DNA of 64,000 nucleotides. Source: an uncultured Verrucomicrobiae bacterium. GTDB taxonomy: Bacteria > Verrucomicrobiota > Verrucomicrobiia > Chthoniobacterales > UBA10450. The translations under genes and the position numbers were made by a program. The notes under the pieces were generated by a model. The model did not search any database. It was given only the letters and a program-made list of their open reading frames with translations, and was not told the DNA's origin. Location: assembly GCA_963726745.1 (NCBI GenBank), contig CAVSDR010000003.1:1056001-1120000 (forward strand). The letters run 5' to 3'. This document shows positions 36,894-48,191 of the stretch, one piece after another (the stretch's first letter is position 1; the number at the start of each line of letters is the position of its first letter).

Positions 36894-37466
36894 ATGATTG
36901 ATCCCTCGCAACAGCAGGCCGACCGCCTTTTGATGAGTCGGGTGGCTGCGGGAGACCAGGCGGCTTTCAGCGCGCTTTACGATCGTTTAAGCGGCCCGCT
37001 GTATTCGCTCGCCTACGAGATGCTGGGCGATGCGACCGAAGCGGAGGACGCGCTCCAGGAGGTGTCGCTGCAAATCTGGCGCCGCGCGCCAAGTTATGAT
37101 GCCGCGCGTAGTGCCGTCTTTACCTGGGCGGTTATGCTCACGCGCTCGAAAGCGATCGATCGCCTGCGCGCGCGCGGCCGGCGCCAGCGGATTGTGGCCG
37201 GCTCAATCGATGAGGAGAGCAGCACGCATCGCGAGCTTGCGTCCACCGAGGCGGATGCGGCGGACCACAGTGAGATCAAAGACGAAGCTTTGCGGGTGCG
37301 CTCGGCTCTGCGCACCCTTTCTGGCGAGCAGCGCCAGGCGATCGAGTTGGCTTTCTTCAGCGAAATGACCCATGCGGAAATCGCCGAGGAAAATGGCGAA
37401 CCACTGGGCACGGTAAAGGCGAGGATTCGCCGGGGATTGCTTCGTTTGCGGGATGGCTTGAAATGA
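36894..37466 (+). CDS. ECF sigma-70 factor (SigK-like)
   Basis: GDQAAFSALYD, AEDALQEV..QIW, RSKAIDRLR, PLGTVKARIRRGL. Confidence 0.92.
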   Translation: MIDPSQQQADRLLMSRVAAGDQAAFSALYDRLSGPLYSLAYEMLGDATEAEDALQEVSLQIWRRAPSYDAARSAVFTWAVMLTRSKAIDRLRARGRRQRIVAGSIDEESSTHRELASTEADAADHSEIKDEALRVRSALRTLSGEQRQAIELAFFSEMTHAEIAEENGEPLGTVKARIRRGLLRLRDGLK

Positions 37467-38237
37467 TTTCCGAGGAACAACAGGACCAGGCATCCCTCTA
37501 CGCGCTCGACTCGTTAGGCGCGGAGGAGCGGTCTGCCTTCGAGCAGGAGCTGGCGGGGAACGCCGAGCTCCAGACGCTCGTGCGCGAACTGCGGGAGAGC
37601 GTGGCCGCGCTGGCTTTCACGGTGCCGCCTCGGGTACCAGCACCAGCGCTGAAGGCGCGCATCCTGGCACAGCTCGCTGGGGAAAATCCGCGCGCGGAAA
37701 TCTCAAATGTCATCCGCCCGCCGGTGTCCGCGTTCCGCACTTGGATTCCATGGGCCATCGCTGCGGCGCTCCTAATTTTTTGCGGGCGGCTCGCGCTCGA
37801 GCGCGCGGCACTTAGGCAGCAACTGGATGCGGAACACGCCGCCCTGGCCGCGGCCACGCCGGCTCCGACGCCGGTGCCCGTGCCGGTTGCAACGCCGGCG
37901 CCGCCAGTGCTCGTCGCGCTCGCACCCGCGGAAGGTGGGCCAGCCAAAGCCCAGGCGGTGGTCGCCTGGAACCCGGCGCAGCAGACGGGCATTATTCGCA
38001 TCAGCCACATGCCCACGCCCGGTGTGGGTCACGACTACCAGCTTTGGGCCGTCGACGCGGCGCATAAGGATCCAATCAGCGCCGGGGTCGTGCGAGTAAA
38101 CGCCGACGGCACCGCGCAGGTGGAGTTTAAGCCGGTGCAAAGCGCGGCCGAGGTGAAGGCGTTTGCTATCAGCCTCGAGCGCGAGGGCGGTGCTCCTTCC
38201 AAAGAAGGCCCCATCCTGCTCGTCGGGTACTGCCTAG
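37463..38237 (+). CDS. Anti-sigma factor, RskA-like; apparent extra base near 38225
   Basis: YALDSL..EERSAFE, TM WAIAAALLIF, DYQLW, FAISLEREGG..P; removing one G gives ...ILLVGTA then TAG at 38235-38237. Confidence 0.85.
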
Positions 38238-38268
38238 GTTACCCTGCCTCGCTCCGGAGGCCTGCGAG

Positions 38269-38306
38269 TTCACCTGATTGTCACTTTGACGCCACTGCGG
38301 CGTCAC
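38269..38306 (+). promoter_or_regulatory. Pho-box array: four direct repeats at 11-bp spacing upstream of porin-pstS
   Basis: TTCAC (38269), GTCAC (38280), GCCAC (38291), GTCAC (38302); PhoB-family regulators bind 11-bp tandem TGTCA-like repeats. Confidence 0.8.
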
Positions 38307-38396
38307 AATGTGCTGCCAGTTTCGCTGAGAGAAACAACTGGGCGGCTCTGCTGCTCATCTCGCCGGCTAAACCTCCGGCGCCTCCAGGAGAAACCA

Positions 38397-39872
38397 ATGT
38401 TCAGCACCAAAATTCTTTTCGCCACGCTCGCTGTGAGCGTCTTGCTAGGAACGGTCGCCGCCCGAGCCCAGGACGCCGGCGCCTTGCTCGATCTGCTCGT
38501 TAAGAAACGCCTCATCACCGACCAGGAAGCGGAAGAAGTGCGCGGCGAACTCTCGAAAGAAGCCGCCGGCACTTCTGCCGGCAAATTGAAGCTTTCCTCG
38601 CCGATCACTGAAGTCGAAATCTACGGCGATGTCCGGACGCGCTACGAAATCCGCACCGCCGAGACGGGCACGCCGGACCTGATCAACCGCGCGGGCGACA
38701 ATACCCAGCGCAATCGCGCCCGCTACCGTCTGCGGCTCGGGATTCGCGGCACCCTGGCGGATGACTGGTTCTTTGGCCTGCGTCTGGAGACCAGCTCAAA
38801 CCCACGGTCGACTAACGTGACCATCGGCGACGATTCCGCCAATGGTCCTTACGCGAAGACCAACGACGGCGTGAACGTGGGCCAGGCCTACTTTGGCTAC
38901 AAAGGTTTCCGCGACGTCACCCTGACAGTTGGAAGAATGCCGAATCCGCTGATTACCACTTCGATGCTTTGGGATTCCGATATCAATCCCGAGGGCCTGG
39001 CGGAACAGTGGAAGCACACCTTCAATTTGAGCTATGGCGGCGGTGCCAGCGGAGCGACCTCCTATGATAAGGATGGCAAAGCCATGGCGGCAGTCGCCAG
39101 CGAGCCGCATAAGCTGTCGATCGATGTCTTCGCTAATTTCGGGCAGTTTGTTTACGACGATTCCAATCCAGAAAATCCGGTAGGCCCAGCCCCGCGGGGA
39201 GTCCCCAACACTGATGCCTACCTCTTAGCCTGGCAGTTGGGGGCGAAGGTCAACTTCACCAAGGAGGTTTACCTCCAGTTCGCCCCGACCTTGTATAATT
39301 ATACTGGCAACGGCGACACCTTTAACACTCACTTCTCCGGCGATCCTAGTTTCCGCCGGGTTCCCGGTGGGCCGATCATTTCGCTGAACCAAACAGGGAT
39401 CAACAGTCTGTTGGTTTTCGATGTCCCGGCAGAATTCGGCTTCAAAGTGGGAGACATCCCGGTGCGCTTCTTTGGCGATTTCGCGACCAATCTCGAGGGT
39501 GACGCGCGCGCCGCCGCGGCGGGCCATCCGAATAAGGGCGACCAGCGGTATGCCTACCAGCTCGGCGTGGGCCTGGGGAAGGTCAAGGCGAAGCGGGACT
39601 GGGCCATCCAGGGCTTCTACCAGCATGTCGACCAATATGCGCTCGATCCAAACCTGGTGGACTCGGATCTCTTCGACAGCCGGGTTAACATGGAAGGCTT
39701 CGCGGTTTCCGGCTCCTACGCGGTTAGCGACGCCGTCACCTTCACCTTAACTTATGGCTACGGCACCCAAGCCGATCGCGACCTTGGCACTGGCGGTGTC
39801 GGCGATGCCTTTAGCATCAACCCGCTAAGAAAGTACAACATCTTCCAAGCCGATCTCAGCGTTAAGTTTTAG
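38397..39872 (+). CDS. Putative outer-membrane porin
   Basis: Signal peptide; ALLDLLVKK..IT..EA; GDVRTRYE, RARYRLRLG, WDSDINPEG; ends FQADLSVKF (C-terminal Phe); SD AGGAG. Confidence 0.85.
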   Translation: MFSTKILFATLAVSVLLGTVAARAQDAGALLDLLVKKRLITDQEAEEVRGELSKEAAGTSAGKLKLSSPITEVEIYGDVRTRYEIRTAETGTPDLINRAGDNTQRNRARYRLRLGIRGTLADDWFFGLRLETSSNPRSTNVTIGDDSANGPYAKTNDGVNVGQAYFGYKGFRDVTLTVGRMPNPLITTSMLWDSDINPEGLAEQWKHTFNLSYGGGASGATSYDKDGKAMAAVASEPHKLSIDVFANFGQFVYDDSNPENPVGPAPRGVPNTDAYLLAWQLGAKVNFTKEVYLQFAPTLYNYTGNGDTFNTHFSGDPSFRRVPGGPIISLNQTGINSLLVFDVPAEFGFKVGDIPVRFFGDFATNLEGDARAAAAGHPNKGDQRYAYQLGVGLGKVKAKRDWAIQGFYQHVDQYALDPNLVDSDLFDSRVNMEGFAVSGSYAVSDAVTFTLTYGYGTQADRDLGTGGVGDAFSINPLRKYNIFQADLSVKF

Positions 39873-39912
39873 TCCCAGAGCACTCCAAGTAACCGAGAAA
39901 ATAAACTACCAT

Positions 39913-40725
39913 ATGAAATTAACATCCCTCGCACTCCTCGCTGGCCTGACGATGGCCGCAACCAGCGTCATGGCCGACCGTTTGGTCATTAAAGGTTCCG
40001 ATACCCTCGGCGCCAAGCTTGTCCCGCAACTGGCGGAACAGTTCAAGGCCCAAAACGCCAGCACCACCTTCGACATTGCCGCGGAAGGTTCCACTACCGG
40101 CATCGCCGCAATCATCGACGGGACCGCGCAGATTGGCATGGCCAGCCGCCGTGCGAAGCCGGCCGAGATCGCCGCGGCGACCGCGAAAGGGGTAAACATG
40201 AAGCCGACGATCGTGGCTTATGACGGCATCGCCGTCATCGTGAACGATAAGAATCCGCTGAAGGGCCTGACGAAGAAGCAGGTTGAATCGATCTTCACCG
40301 GCGATGTGACCGATTGGAGCGCAGTTGGCGGCACTCCCGGCAAGATCTCGATTTATACCCGCAACACTTCCTCGGGCACCTACTCCGACTTCAAGGAACT
40401 GGCGATGAAGAAGCGCGACTACGCCGGCACTTCGCAGAAGATGGCCGGGAACGAGCAAATCGCCTCGGAAGTAGGAAAGAATGCCAATGGCATTGGCTAC
40501 GTAGGATTGGCTTACGATAAAGCGCCGGGGGTGAAAGCGCTGCCTATTGACGGTAAAGCTCCGGCGGCCGCTTCAGTTCAGGATAAGTCCTATCCTTTTG
40601 CGCGCCCAACCTTCTATTACACCAATGGCGAGCCTGCGGGCGCGGCCAAGCAATTCGTCGACTTTACCCTCGGCGCGGAAGGTCAGAAGATTGTTTCGCA
40701 GGTTGGTTTTGTGCCGGTGAAGTAG
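39913..40725 (+). CDS. pstS: Phosphate ABC transporter substrate-binding protein
   Basis: KGSDT, GSTTGI, GMASR, VAYDGIAVIVN, RNTSSGT, YPFARP. Confidence 0.93.
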   Translation: MKLTSLALLAGLTMAATSVMADRLVIKGSDTLGAKLVPQLAEQFKAQNASTTFDIAAEGSTTGIAAIIDGTAQIGMASRRAKPAEIAAATAKGVNMKPTIVAYDGIAVIVNDKNPLKGLTKKQVESIFTGDVTDWSAVGGTPGKISIYTRNTSSGTYSDFKELAMKKRDYAGTSQKMAGNEQIASEVGKNANGIGYVGLAYDKAPGVKALPIDGKAPAAASVQDKSYPFARPTFYYTNGEPAGAAKQFVDFTLGAEGQKIVSQVGFVPVK

Positions 40726-40741
40726 CCTAGCTCAAACCTAA

Positions 40742-40787
40742 GTTACGGAAGCCCGCAGGAGTAATTCCCGCGGGCTTTTCCGTTAAC
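40742..40787 (+). terminator. Hairpin / terminator after pstS
   Basis: aagcccgcagga-GTAA-ttcccgcgggctt followed by T residues. Confidence 0.7.
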
Positions 40788-40823
40788 TTTTGACGAACGC
40801 GAGCCTTCCCGCTAAAAGCGGGG

Positions 40824-42275
40824 ATGCTTCACCGGGCCGTCGGCTTGTTCGTGCTGGTTGGGATGCTCGCGGCGCTGCCGCAACCGGGCGCCGCGGCCGA
40901 CGAGGGGGATCGCATTCGCGCACTCGAAAAAGCGGTGCAGCAACTTCAGCAACGTAACGCCGAGCTGGAACAGAAGGTCGAGCGGATGAACGCGAAGAGC
41001 AGCCCGTTCGCGCCCGTCTTCCCGCAAAGCGGAGACCAGGAAAGTGTCGCCTACTCCGGACAGCAAGTCGGTGGTTTTCAGCGCCCCGGAGGAGACCCCA
41101 CTCCCGGTCGACGTGCATCCGGGCGGCTCGGAATTCAAACTCACGCTCGGTGGTTATGTGCAGGCGAATTTCGAGACCGGCGACGTCTCCGCCTTTGAAG
41201 GCCGCTTCGGTGCGACCGCGCTGAAAGATCGTTTCCGGTTGCGCCGCGCGCGCCTCACGCTCCTGGGCGACTTCAAGGAAGACTTCGACTTCAAGGTCGA
41301 GGGCGACTTCGAGCAAAGCGACGCTGCGATCACGGCCCTGCGCACGGTCAACCTCGTCACCGGGGCGACAACGACTGTGACCAACTCCAACCGGGTCGAG
41401 TTTTCCGCGACCGACATTTTCGTGAACTGGCACCGCTTCGCGGAGATGAACGTGAAGCTCGGCCAGTACAAAGCGCCGTTTGGCTTGGAGAATCTCACGC
41501 CAGATACCCTGATCCTCACGATCGAACGCAGCCTGCCGACCGGTGCGGTCGTGCCGGAGCGCCAAATCGGCGTCATGCTCTGGGGCAAGCCGCTGGCGCA
41601 GCGTGCTTCCCGAACAGAAGGACCTGCTTGACCTATTACGCCGGGATCTACAACGGCAACGGCCGGAACTTCAACAACAACGACAACAATGAATTCATGT
41701 ATGTCGCGCGGCTCGAGCTCTTGCCGTGGAAAGGAAAGTTCCTGGGCCAGGAAGCTTCGCTGAAATTAGGCGGCGACTTCTTCTCCAGCCGGGACGACGC
41801 CGGCACCAACATCTCGCCCGGGCTGAACCTGCGCGTCAATGCCGATGGCTCGCTCAGCTCCTACGTGCTCACGACCGCAGCGGAGCGCACCAGCTACAGC
41901 CTCGATGCTTCGCTTAAGCTCGGGCCGTTTGATTTGATCGGGGAATACCTGCACGAAAACGTCGATGGCCGCCGGGTGAACAACGTCGCGCCGCTGGCGG
42001 ATTTCGCAGTGAGCGGTTGGTATCTCCAGGGCGCTTACTTCCTAATCCCAAAGAAACTCCAGGCCGTGGTGAAATGGGAATCGCTCGATCCCGGCCAGTT
42101 GCCGAATGACAGCCTGCATTCCCTGACCGGCGGCTTGAACTACTACATCCATGGAGACGGACTCAAGATTATGGCCGACTACGTGCACACCTGGTCGGAT
42201 TTCCGAGAAGCCAATCCGCGCTTCGGCGATGAGCAGTTTAACGAATTGCTCCTGCGGATGCAGGTGATGTTCTAG
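40824..42275 (+). CDS. Phosphate-selective porin (OprO/OprP-like); apparent frameshifts near 41030 and 41605
   Basis: Three track ORFs join: signal peptide and coiled coil; FRLRRARL, GQYKAPFGLE, ERSL, RQIGVML; Y.AGIYNGNG, GLNYY, ends RMQVMF. Confidence 0.8.
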
Positions 42276-42305
42276 GGCGCGGCAACCCCGCTGCGAGTCT
42301 GGCCG

Positions 42306-42734
42306 ATGAAACGCGTCCTCTTTCTTTGCGTGCATAACAGCGCGCGCAGTCGCATGGCCGAAGGGCTTTTGAATGCGCGCTGCGGCAAGCACTTCCAGGC
42401 CGAAAGCGCCGGGCTCGATCCGGGCAAGGGCGTGAACCCGCTGGCGGCGGAAGCGATGCGCGAGCTTGGGATCGACATCGCGTCGCAGCCGGCGCAGGGC
42501 GTGGACGCAGTGCTCCAGCGCGGGACGAAATTCGATTACGTCGTGACCGTGTGTCACGAGTCGGAAGCGGCTGGCTGCCCGGTTTTTCCCGGGAAAACGC
42601 AGCGGCTGCACTGGCCCTTCGAGGATCCCAGCTCCTTCACCGGCACCTGGGAGGAAAAGCTCGCGCGCACCCGCGAAGTGCGCGCGGCGATCGCGCAAAA
42701 GATCGAGTCCTGGTGCGCTGAAGTTGCCGGCTAA
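42306..42734 (+). CDS. arsC: Arsenate reductase, LMW-PTP (thioredoxin-coupled) family
   Basis: FLCVHNSARSRMAE P-loop, VTVC...CPVFPG, HWPFEDP. Confidence 0.85.
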   Translation: MKRVLFLCVHNSARSRMAEGLLNARCGKHFQAESAGLDPGKGVNPLAAEAMRELGIDIASQPAQGVDAVLQRGTKFDYVVTVCHESEAAGCPVFPGKTQRLHWPFEDPSSFTGTWEEKLARTREVRAAIAQKIESWCAEVAG

Positions 42735-43417
42735 TTCTCCGGCCGGAACGGCTGGTGCCGGATGTCTTCCGCGGCCGCGGCGTAGACGGCGTCTTCCGCG
42801 ATGTTCGTGGCGTGATCGCCCACGCGCTCGAGGTGGCGCGCGATGAACATGAGATTGAGATAACCGCGGAGCTGCTCGGGGTTTTCCGCCATCCGCTGGA
42901 TCAGACGTTTGCTCGCGGCGGCGTTGAGCTGGTCGAGCGTCTTGTCGCGCGCCTTCAGCTGCATCGCCTGCTCCACGTCTTCGCGGATGTAGGCGTCCAC
43001 GCTGTCGCGGAACATGCTCATGGCTTGTTCGCGCATCGGCACGACCAACTCGATTTCGTCGAGCACCGGATGCTGGTTCAATTTGCGCGCCTTGCGCGCG
43101 ATGTTGACCGCCTGGTCGGCCATGCGTTCGAGATTCGAGCTGAGCTTCATCGCCGAGACCACCCGGCGCAGGTCGGAGGCGACCGGCTGGAAACGGAGCA
43201 GGAGATCGACGCCATCTTTGTCCACCTGCTTCTCCAGTTGGTCGATCTCCTCGTCGTCGGCGATCGCGAGCACGCAGAGTTCGTCGTCGCGCTGGAGCAA
43301 ACCATCGAGCGCGTGATCAAGGCTGCGCTCGGTCAGGCTCGACATCGTGAGCACATTGTTGCGCAGCGAGCCGAGAGCTTCGTCGAAGGTTTTGAGAATG
43401 TGGTTTTGTGGCGTCAT
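42731..43417 (-). CDS. phoU: Phosphate signalling protein PhoU
   Basis: [41 protein letters not shown]. Confidence 0.95.
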   Translation of the reverse strand: MTPQNHILKTFDEALGSLRNNVLTMSSLTERSLDHALDGLLQRDDELCVLAIADDEEIDQLEKQVDKDGVDLLLRFQPVASDLRRVVSAMKLSSNLERMADQAVNIARKARKLNQHPVLDEIELVVPMREQAMSMFRDSVDAYIREDVEQAMQLKARDKTLDQLNAAASKRLIQRMAENPEQLRGYLNLMFIARHLERVGDHATNIAEDAVYAAAAEDIRHQPFRPEN

Positions 43418-44235
43418 CCGAATCTTCCGGTGATGTAGTCTTCCGTTTGGCGTTGCGCCGGATTGCTGAACATCTTGCGCGTGTCACTGAACTCGATCAG
43501 TCGCCCGAGGTAAAAGAAGGCGGTTTGGTCGGAAACGCGACCGGCCTGTTGCATGTTGTGGGTCACGATCACGATGGTGTATTGCGTTTTCAGGTGGCGA
43601 ATGAGTTCCTCCACTTTCGCGGTCGCGATTGGGTCGAGCGCGGAGCAGGGCTCGTCCATCAGGAGAATCTCCGGTTCCACCGCGAGCGCGCGCGCGATGC
43701 AAAGCCGCTGCTGCTGGCCGCCCGAGAGTCCGTAGCCGCTCATGTGCAACCGGTCCTTCACCTCGTCCCAAAGCGCAGCCGCGCGCAGGCTCTTCTCCAC
43801 GGCCTCGTCGATCGCGGCGCGTTTTTTAATTCCGGCGATGCGCAGGCCGTAGGCGATGTTGTCGTAGATCGATTTCGGGAAGGGATTCGATTTCTGGAAG
43901 ACCATCCCGACGTTCCGGCGCAGGTCGACCACGTCGATCCGGGGATCATTGATGTCGAGCCCGTCGATCCGAATGGAGCCCTCGGTAATGCGCGCACTTT
44001 CGACCAGATCGTTCATCCGGTTAAGGCAGCGGAGCAGCGTGGTCTTGCCGCAACCCGACGGCCCGATGAAAGCGGTCACCGCGCGCGCGGGGATAGCCAG
44101 CGAGATGTCGTGCAGCACGGCGTTCGTGCCGTAGGCAAAGCTGAGATGATCGATCTCAATCGAAGCCGCTGGCACCGATGCGGCGGCGGAGGGTGTGGGG
44201 GGCTCAAGCGCAGGCATGGTGGAAAGCGTTACCAT
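43414..44235 (-). CDS. pstB: Phosphate ABC transporter ATPase
   Basis: C-terminal part of the 1125-aa track [61 protein letters not shown]; start 44235 or 44217. Confidence 0.95.
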   Translation of the reverse strand: MVTLSTMPALEPPTPSAAASVPAASIEIDHLSFAYGTNAVLHDISLAIPARAVTAFIGPSGCGKTTLLRCLNRMNDLVESARITEGSIRIDGLDINDPRIDVVDLRRNVGMVFQKSNPFPKSIYDNIAYGLRIAGIKKRAAIDEAVEKSLRAAALWDEVKDRLHMSGYGLSGGQQQRLCIARALAVEPEILLMDEPCSALDPIATAKVEELIRHLKTQYTIVIVTHNMQQAGRVSDQTAFFYLGRLIEFSDTRKMFSNPAQRQTEDYITGRFG

Positions 44236-45254
44236 GATAGACGGGTGCGGCTGCGTTCGCGCAAGACCACGGACGCGAGCGCGATCAACATCACCAGGAG
44301 GAGGAAGACGAGCGCGGCGCCGTATTGCACCCGCTCGGTGTATTCGTTTTGCGGGATCTTCGAGCTGACGACGTAGATGTGATAAGGCAGCGCCATCACG
44401 CCCTGGAACACAAAGTCGGTCGCGCGCTGCACCTGCCAGGGCATCTCGTCGCGCATCGCGTAAGCCGCGGTGAACATGATCGGCGCGGTCTCGCCGGCGA
44501 CGCGCGCGATCCCGAGGATCGAGGAGGTGAGAATGCCGGGCAGCGCGTAAGGCAGGACGTTCTTGCGGATGGTTTGCCACTTGGTCGCGCCGAGCGCGAG
44601 TGAGCCTTCGCGCAACCCTTGGGGCACGGCGCGGAGCGACTCTTCGCTCGCGGTGATAATAGCCGGCAGGATCATGAGCCCGAGAGTGAACCAGCCAGAC
44701 AGCAGGGAGACGTTCCAGCCGAAGAAGATCACGAAAAGGCCAAAGCCGAAGAGCCCGAAGACGATCGAGGGCACGCCCGCGAGATTGAGAATGGCCACGC
44801 GGGTCAGGCGAATAAACGGCCCGCCGCCGCTGTATTCGCTCAGGAAAATCGCGGCGCTGATCCCGATGAAGAGCGCCAGCGTCATCGAGCCGAGAACGAG
44901 CAGCGCGGTGCCGACGATGCAAGGCCAGATGCCGCCGGCAGAATAGGCGACCGTTTGCGGCTCGACCGCGGCCGTTGGATGCGCTGCCTGCCACTCCCGG
45001 AAATCCTGGTCGCCTAACGAGAGCTTTTGGCCCTCGAAGTCGAACACGTAAAGCGTCTGCGGGCTTTCGCTGAGGAAAGCGAAGTTGATGAACGGAGCGT
45101 GCGTGGTGAAGAGCGTGCGGCTCCCCTTGATTCCGATGTCGAGAAAGATGTAGGCCGCGCAGGCGATCACGAAATAGGTCGCGAGCCGGAAGGCCCAGAA
45201 GGCGCTGCGCTCGAGGAGGCGGTTGCGGGAACCGTTGGCGGTGCGCGTCTTCAT
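44229..45254 (-). CDS. pstA: Phosphate ABC transporter permease
   Basis: [48 protein letters not shown]. Confidence 0.95.
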   Translation of the reverse strand: MKTRTANGSRNRLLERSAFWAFRLATYFVIACAAYIFLDIGIKGSRTLFTTHAPFINFAFLSESPQTLYVFDFEGQKLSLGDQDFREWQAAHPTAAVEPQTVAYSAGGIWPCIVGTALLVLGSMTLALFIGISAAIFLSEYSGGGPFIRLTRVAILNLAGVPSIVFGLFGFGLFVIFFGWNVSLLSGWFTLGLMILPAIITASEESLRAVPQGLREGSLALGATKWQTIRKNVLPYALPGILTSSILGIARVAGETAPIMFTAAYAMRDEMPWQVQRATDFVFQGVMALPYHIYVVSSKIPQNEYTERVQYGAALVFLLLVMLIALASVVLRERSRTRLSW

Positions 45255-46782
45255 TTACCCAATGCTCATGCGGAAACGCGCGACCAGGCGCTGGGCCAGG
45301 TAATTGATCAGGAGCGTGATGAAAAAGAGGACCAGCCCGACCATGAAGAGCGCGCGGTAATGAATGCTCCCGCGCACCACCTCGCCCATCTCCTGCGCGA
45401 TGATCCCGGTCATGGTGTGGACCGGTTGGAAGAAAGCGCCCAGGCCTTCGGTGAAATCGGGAATCTCGATCCGGTTTCCCGCGCAGAGCAGCACCACCAT
45501 GGTCTCGCCGATGACGCGGCCGAGCCCGAGCAAAATAGCCGACACAATGCCGGAGAGCGAAGCGGGCACGAGCACGCGCGCGATCGTTTGCAGGCGATTG
45601 GCGCCGAGCGCATAGGAGGCTTCCTTGAAGCCGCGCGGGACGTTGCGGAGCGCGTCTTCCGAGAGGGTGAAGATCGTCGGCACGGCCATGAGCGCGAGCA
45701 GACAGCCGGCAGTGAAAACATTCAGCCGCTCGGCGATCGGGAAGAAATGGATCCAGCTGAGCCAGGAACTTTCCGAGGCGGTGCGGATCGCCTGGCCGAC
45801 GACGGCAATTCCAAAGAACCCGAGCACGACCGAAGGAATCGCGGAAATGAATTCGAGGTAGGGCTTGATCAGCTTCTTCTCGCTCGCGGAAGCGATCTCG
45901 CTCACGTAGATCGCCGCGGCCACGCCGAAGGGAACGGCGAGCACAAGCGCGACCACCGAGACCATGATCGAGCCGACAAAGAGCGGCGTGATCCCATACC
46001 AATCCTGCCAAAAGCTGGCCGTGATCCAATCGTGCCCGAACAGGAAAGTCGTGAGCGTGCGATACCAGACGACCGGTTGATCCACGTTCCAGGCTTCGAG
46101 TTGCGCGGTGGTCTGCGGCATCTCCGCGACGTAGCCGCGGGCCAGCTCCTGCCAGCGCACGAAAGCTTTTTGCGCCATCGCGTCGGCTAATCTCGGCGGC
46201 GCCGCGAGCAAGGCGGTGACTTGCTCGCCGATAGTCGTGGCCGCCGCGGCGTAGGCCGGAGTGCTTCCGCGCAATTGCTCGAGCATTGCGCGGGGCGGCG
46301 CGGGCCGGTCGGGGTTGGCGCCCAGCTGCGCTTTGGCTTCGCTCGCGAGGTCGCTCGCATCGGAGAGGACGCTTTGCAGCGGATCGGCCGTGTCGCTGAA
46401 GGCGCTGGCAAATTGATCGAAGGGCGCAAGGCCGGCGTTGATTTCTTCCAGGGGAACGCCGGCGCGCTGCCCGGCGCGGAGTTGTTTCAAACGGATTTGG
46501 TTGAGGCCGCGATTGAGCGCGACCTGCGCGTCGGCCTGCTTGCGGATGAGGTCCACGTATTCCTGCCCGCTCATGCGGTAGAGCCGGAGGTTGCGCAGGT
46601 TTTGCCCGAAAAAGCCGAAGCCTTCGCGGAAAAGGAAACAGCGTGATCAGCGCCAGGACGACGATGGCGACGAGCGCGTTGCTCCCGAAGAAATATTTGA
46701 TCCAACGATCGGCCGAGACGCGTTTGCGGTTGGCGCGCTGCTTCGCGGCAAAGCTTTCGGGGATGGCAGCGGCCGGATCCAT
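45255..46782 (-). CDS. pstC: Phosphate ABC transporter permease with extended periplasmic loop; apparent frameshift near 46632
   Basis: N-terminal TM ([10 protein letters not shown]) in one frame, the rest in the 439-aa [30 protein letters not shown]. Confidence 0.92.
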
Positions 46783-46829
46783 GGCCGGCAAATCTGCGCC
46801 TGCTCTCGACGCCGACCAACCGCTTTCGT

Positions 46830-46847
46830 GTGACGTTTTGGTGACAG
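46830..46847 (-). promoter_or_regulatory. Pho box upstream of pstCAB-phoU
   Basis: Minus strand CTGTCAC-CAAA-ACGTCAC: two GTCAC half-sites 11 bp apart. Confidence 0.8.
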
Positions 46848-46858
46848 AAACCCGCGCC

Positions 46859-48160
46859 TTACAGCCGCAGCAGCGGTGTCTCCGCGTCGGTGGAATCGGC
46901 GGGCGGCTGGATCGGTAAGAGGAGGCTGATCGTGGTTCCGTGGCCTGGTTCGCTCGCGGCTTCGACCTGACCCCCGTGGAGCTGCATGATGTGCTTCACG
47001 ATCGAAAGCCCCAGGCCGGTGCCGCCCAGTTGCCGGCTGCGCGCTTTGTCGGCCCGGTAAAAGCGCTCGAAAATCCGCGGGAGATCGCGCGCGGGAATGC
47101 CGGGGCCTTCATCGGAAACGGAGATCCGCACCGCCTCGCCGAGGCGTTCGGCGGCCAGGACGATCCCGCCTTCGGGCGGGGAATATTTCACGGCGTTATC
47201 CAGCAAGTTGTAGATCACTTCCTGGAGTCGGTGTTCGTCGGCCGAGATCGCCGGCAAGGCATCGGCCAGCTCCAGGCGGGCATGGAGCGACTTCGTGCCG
47301 AGGCGTTTTTCCCAGTCGCGCAGGATGCCCTGGAGGAAATTCGGCAGCTCCACTTCCGTGCGCTCGAGCCGTGCGCCGGGTGCTTCCAACTGCGCCAGGC
47401 TGAGGATGTCCTCGACCAGGAGCGTGAGCCGGTCGGCGTGCCGATCCATCACTTCGAGAATGCGCACCAGCTCCTCCCGTGGTTGCCCCGGATCGTCGAG
47501 CAACGTCTCGAGGTAACCGCGAAAAATCGAGAGCGGCGTGCGCAGCTCATGCGAAACATTGGCGACGAAATCCTTCCGCATCGCCTCGACCTGCCGCAGC
47601 TCGGTGACGTCGCGAAAGAGCACCACCGCGCCGGGTGCGCGCGCATCCGTCGCAAAGGTCACCGCAGTGACCTCGAGGTCGCGCCGCAGGCCGGCGCGCT
47701 GGAAAATGATCGCTTCGCCCAGCGCCTCGCCGGTCTCGAAGGCGCGAGCGACCGCCCGGTCGATGCGCGCATCGCGCACGGTCTCGAGCAAAGTGGTCCC
47801 AAGTTCCGCGGCCCCAAAGAGCTGGCTAAAGCGCGGATTGAACAGGTGGAGCCGGCGCTCCGGGTCGACCACCGCGACGCCATCGGGCAGGGCGTCGAGC
47901 ACCGCGCGCAAGCCCGCGCTGCCTTCGCTGGCGGTGCGCTCGAGTTCGCGCTGGCGGGTGGCAAATTCCTCCAGCGCCAGGCCGATGGCGTTGGTCCGCT
48001 CATTCGCGGTGGTGAGGAATTTGCGCGGGACCTGGCGGCGGACGATCGCGGTCACCAGCTCTTCGATTTCCTCCCACGGCTCAACCCAACGCCGCCAGAA
48101 GGCGTAAGCCAGAAAGGCGAAAGCGACGCCCGCGGCCAGGATGACGATCCAGGTGAGCAT
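46859..48160 (-). CDS. phoR: Sensor histidine kinase, PhoR-like
   Basis: [53 protein letters not shown]; phosphate-operon context. Confidence 0.9.
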   Translation of the reverse strand: MLTWIVILAAGVAFAFLAYAFWRRWVEPWEEIEELVTAIVRRQVPRKFLTTANERTNAIGLALEEFATRQRELERTASEGSAGLRAVLDALPDGVAVVDPERRLHLFNPRFSQLFGAAELGTTLLETVRDARIDRAVARAFETGEALGEAIIFQRAGLRRDLEVTAVTFATDARAPGAVVLFRDVTELRQVEAMRKDFVANVSHELRTPLSIFRGYLETLLDDPGQPREELVRILEVMDRHADRLTLLVEDILSLAQLEAPGARLERTEVELPNFLQGILRDWEKRLGTKSLHARLELADALPAISADEHRLQEVIYNLLDNAVKYSPPEGGIVLAAERLGEAVRISVSDEGPGIPARDLPRIFERFYRADKARSRQLGGTGLGLSIVKHIMQLHGGQVEAASEPGHGTTISLLLPIQPPADSTDAETPLLRL

Positions 48161-48191
48161 TCGTTAGGCGCCGGGGCGGTGAAGTTGCTGG

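Noticed and set aside
43414..46791. 1125-aa ORF as a PstC-PstB fusion
   Set aside because: Only the N-terminus (PstC) and C-terminus (PstB) are real; the middle is an off-frame reading of pstC and pstA.
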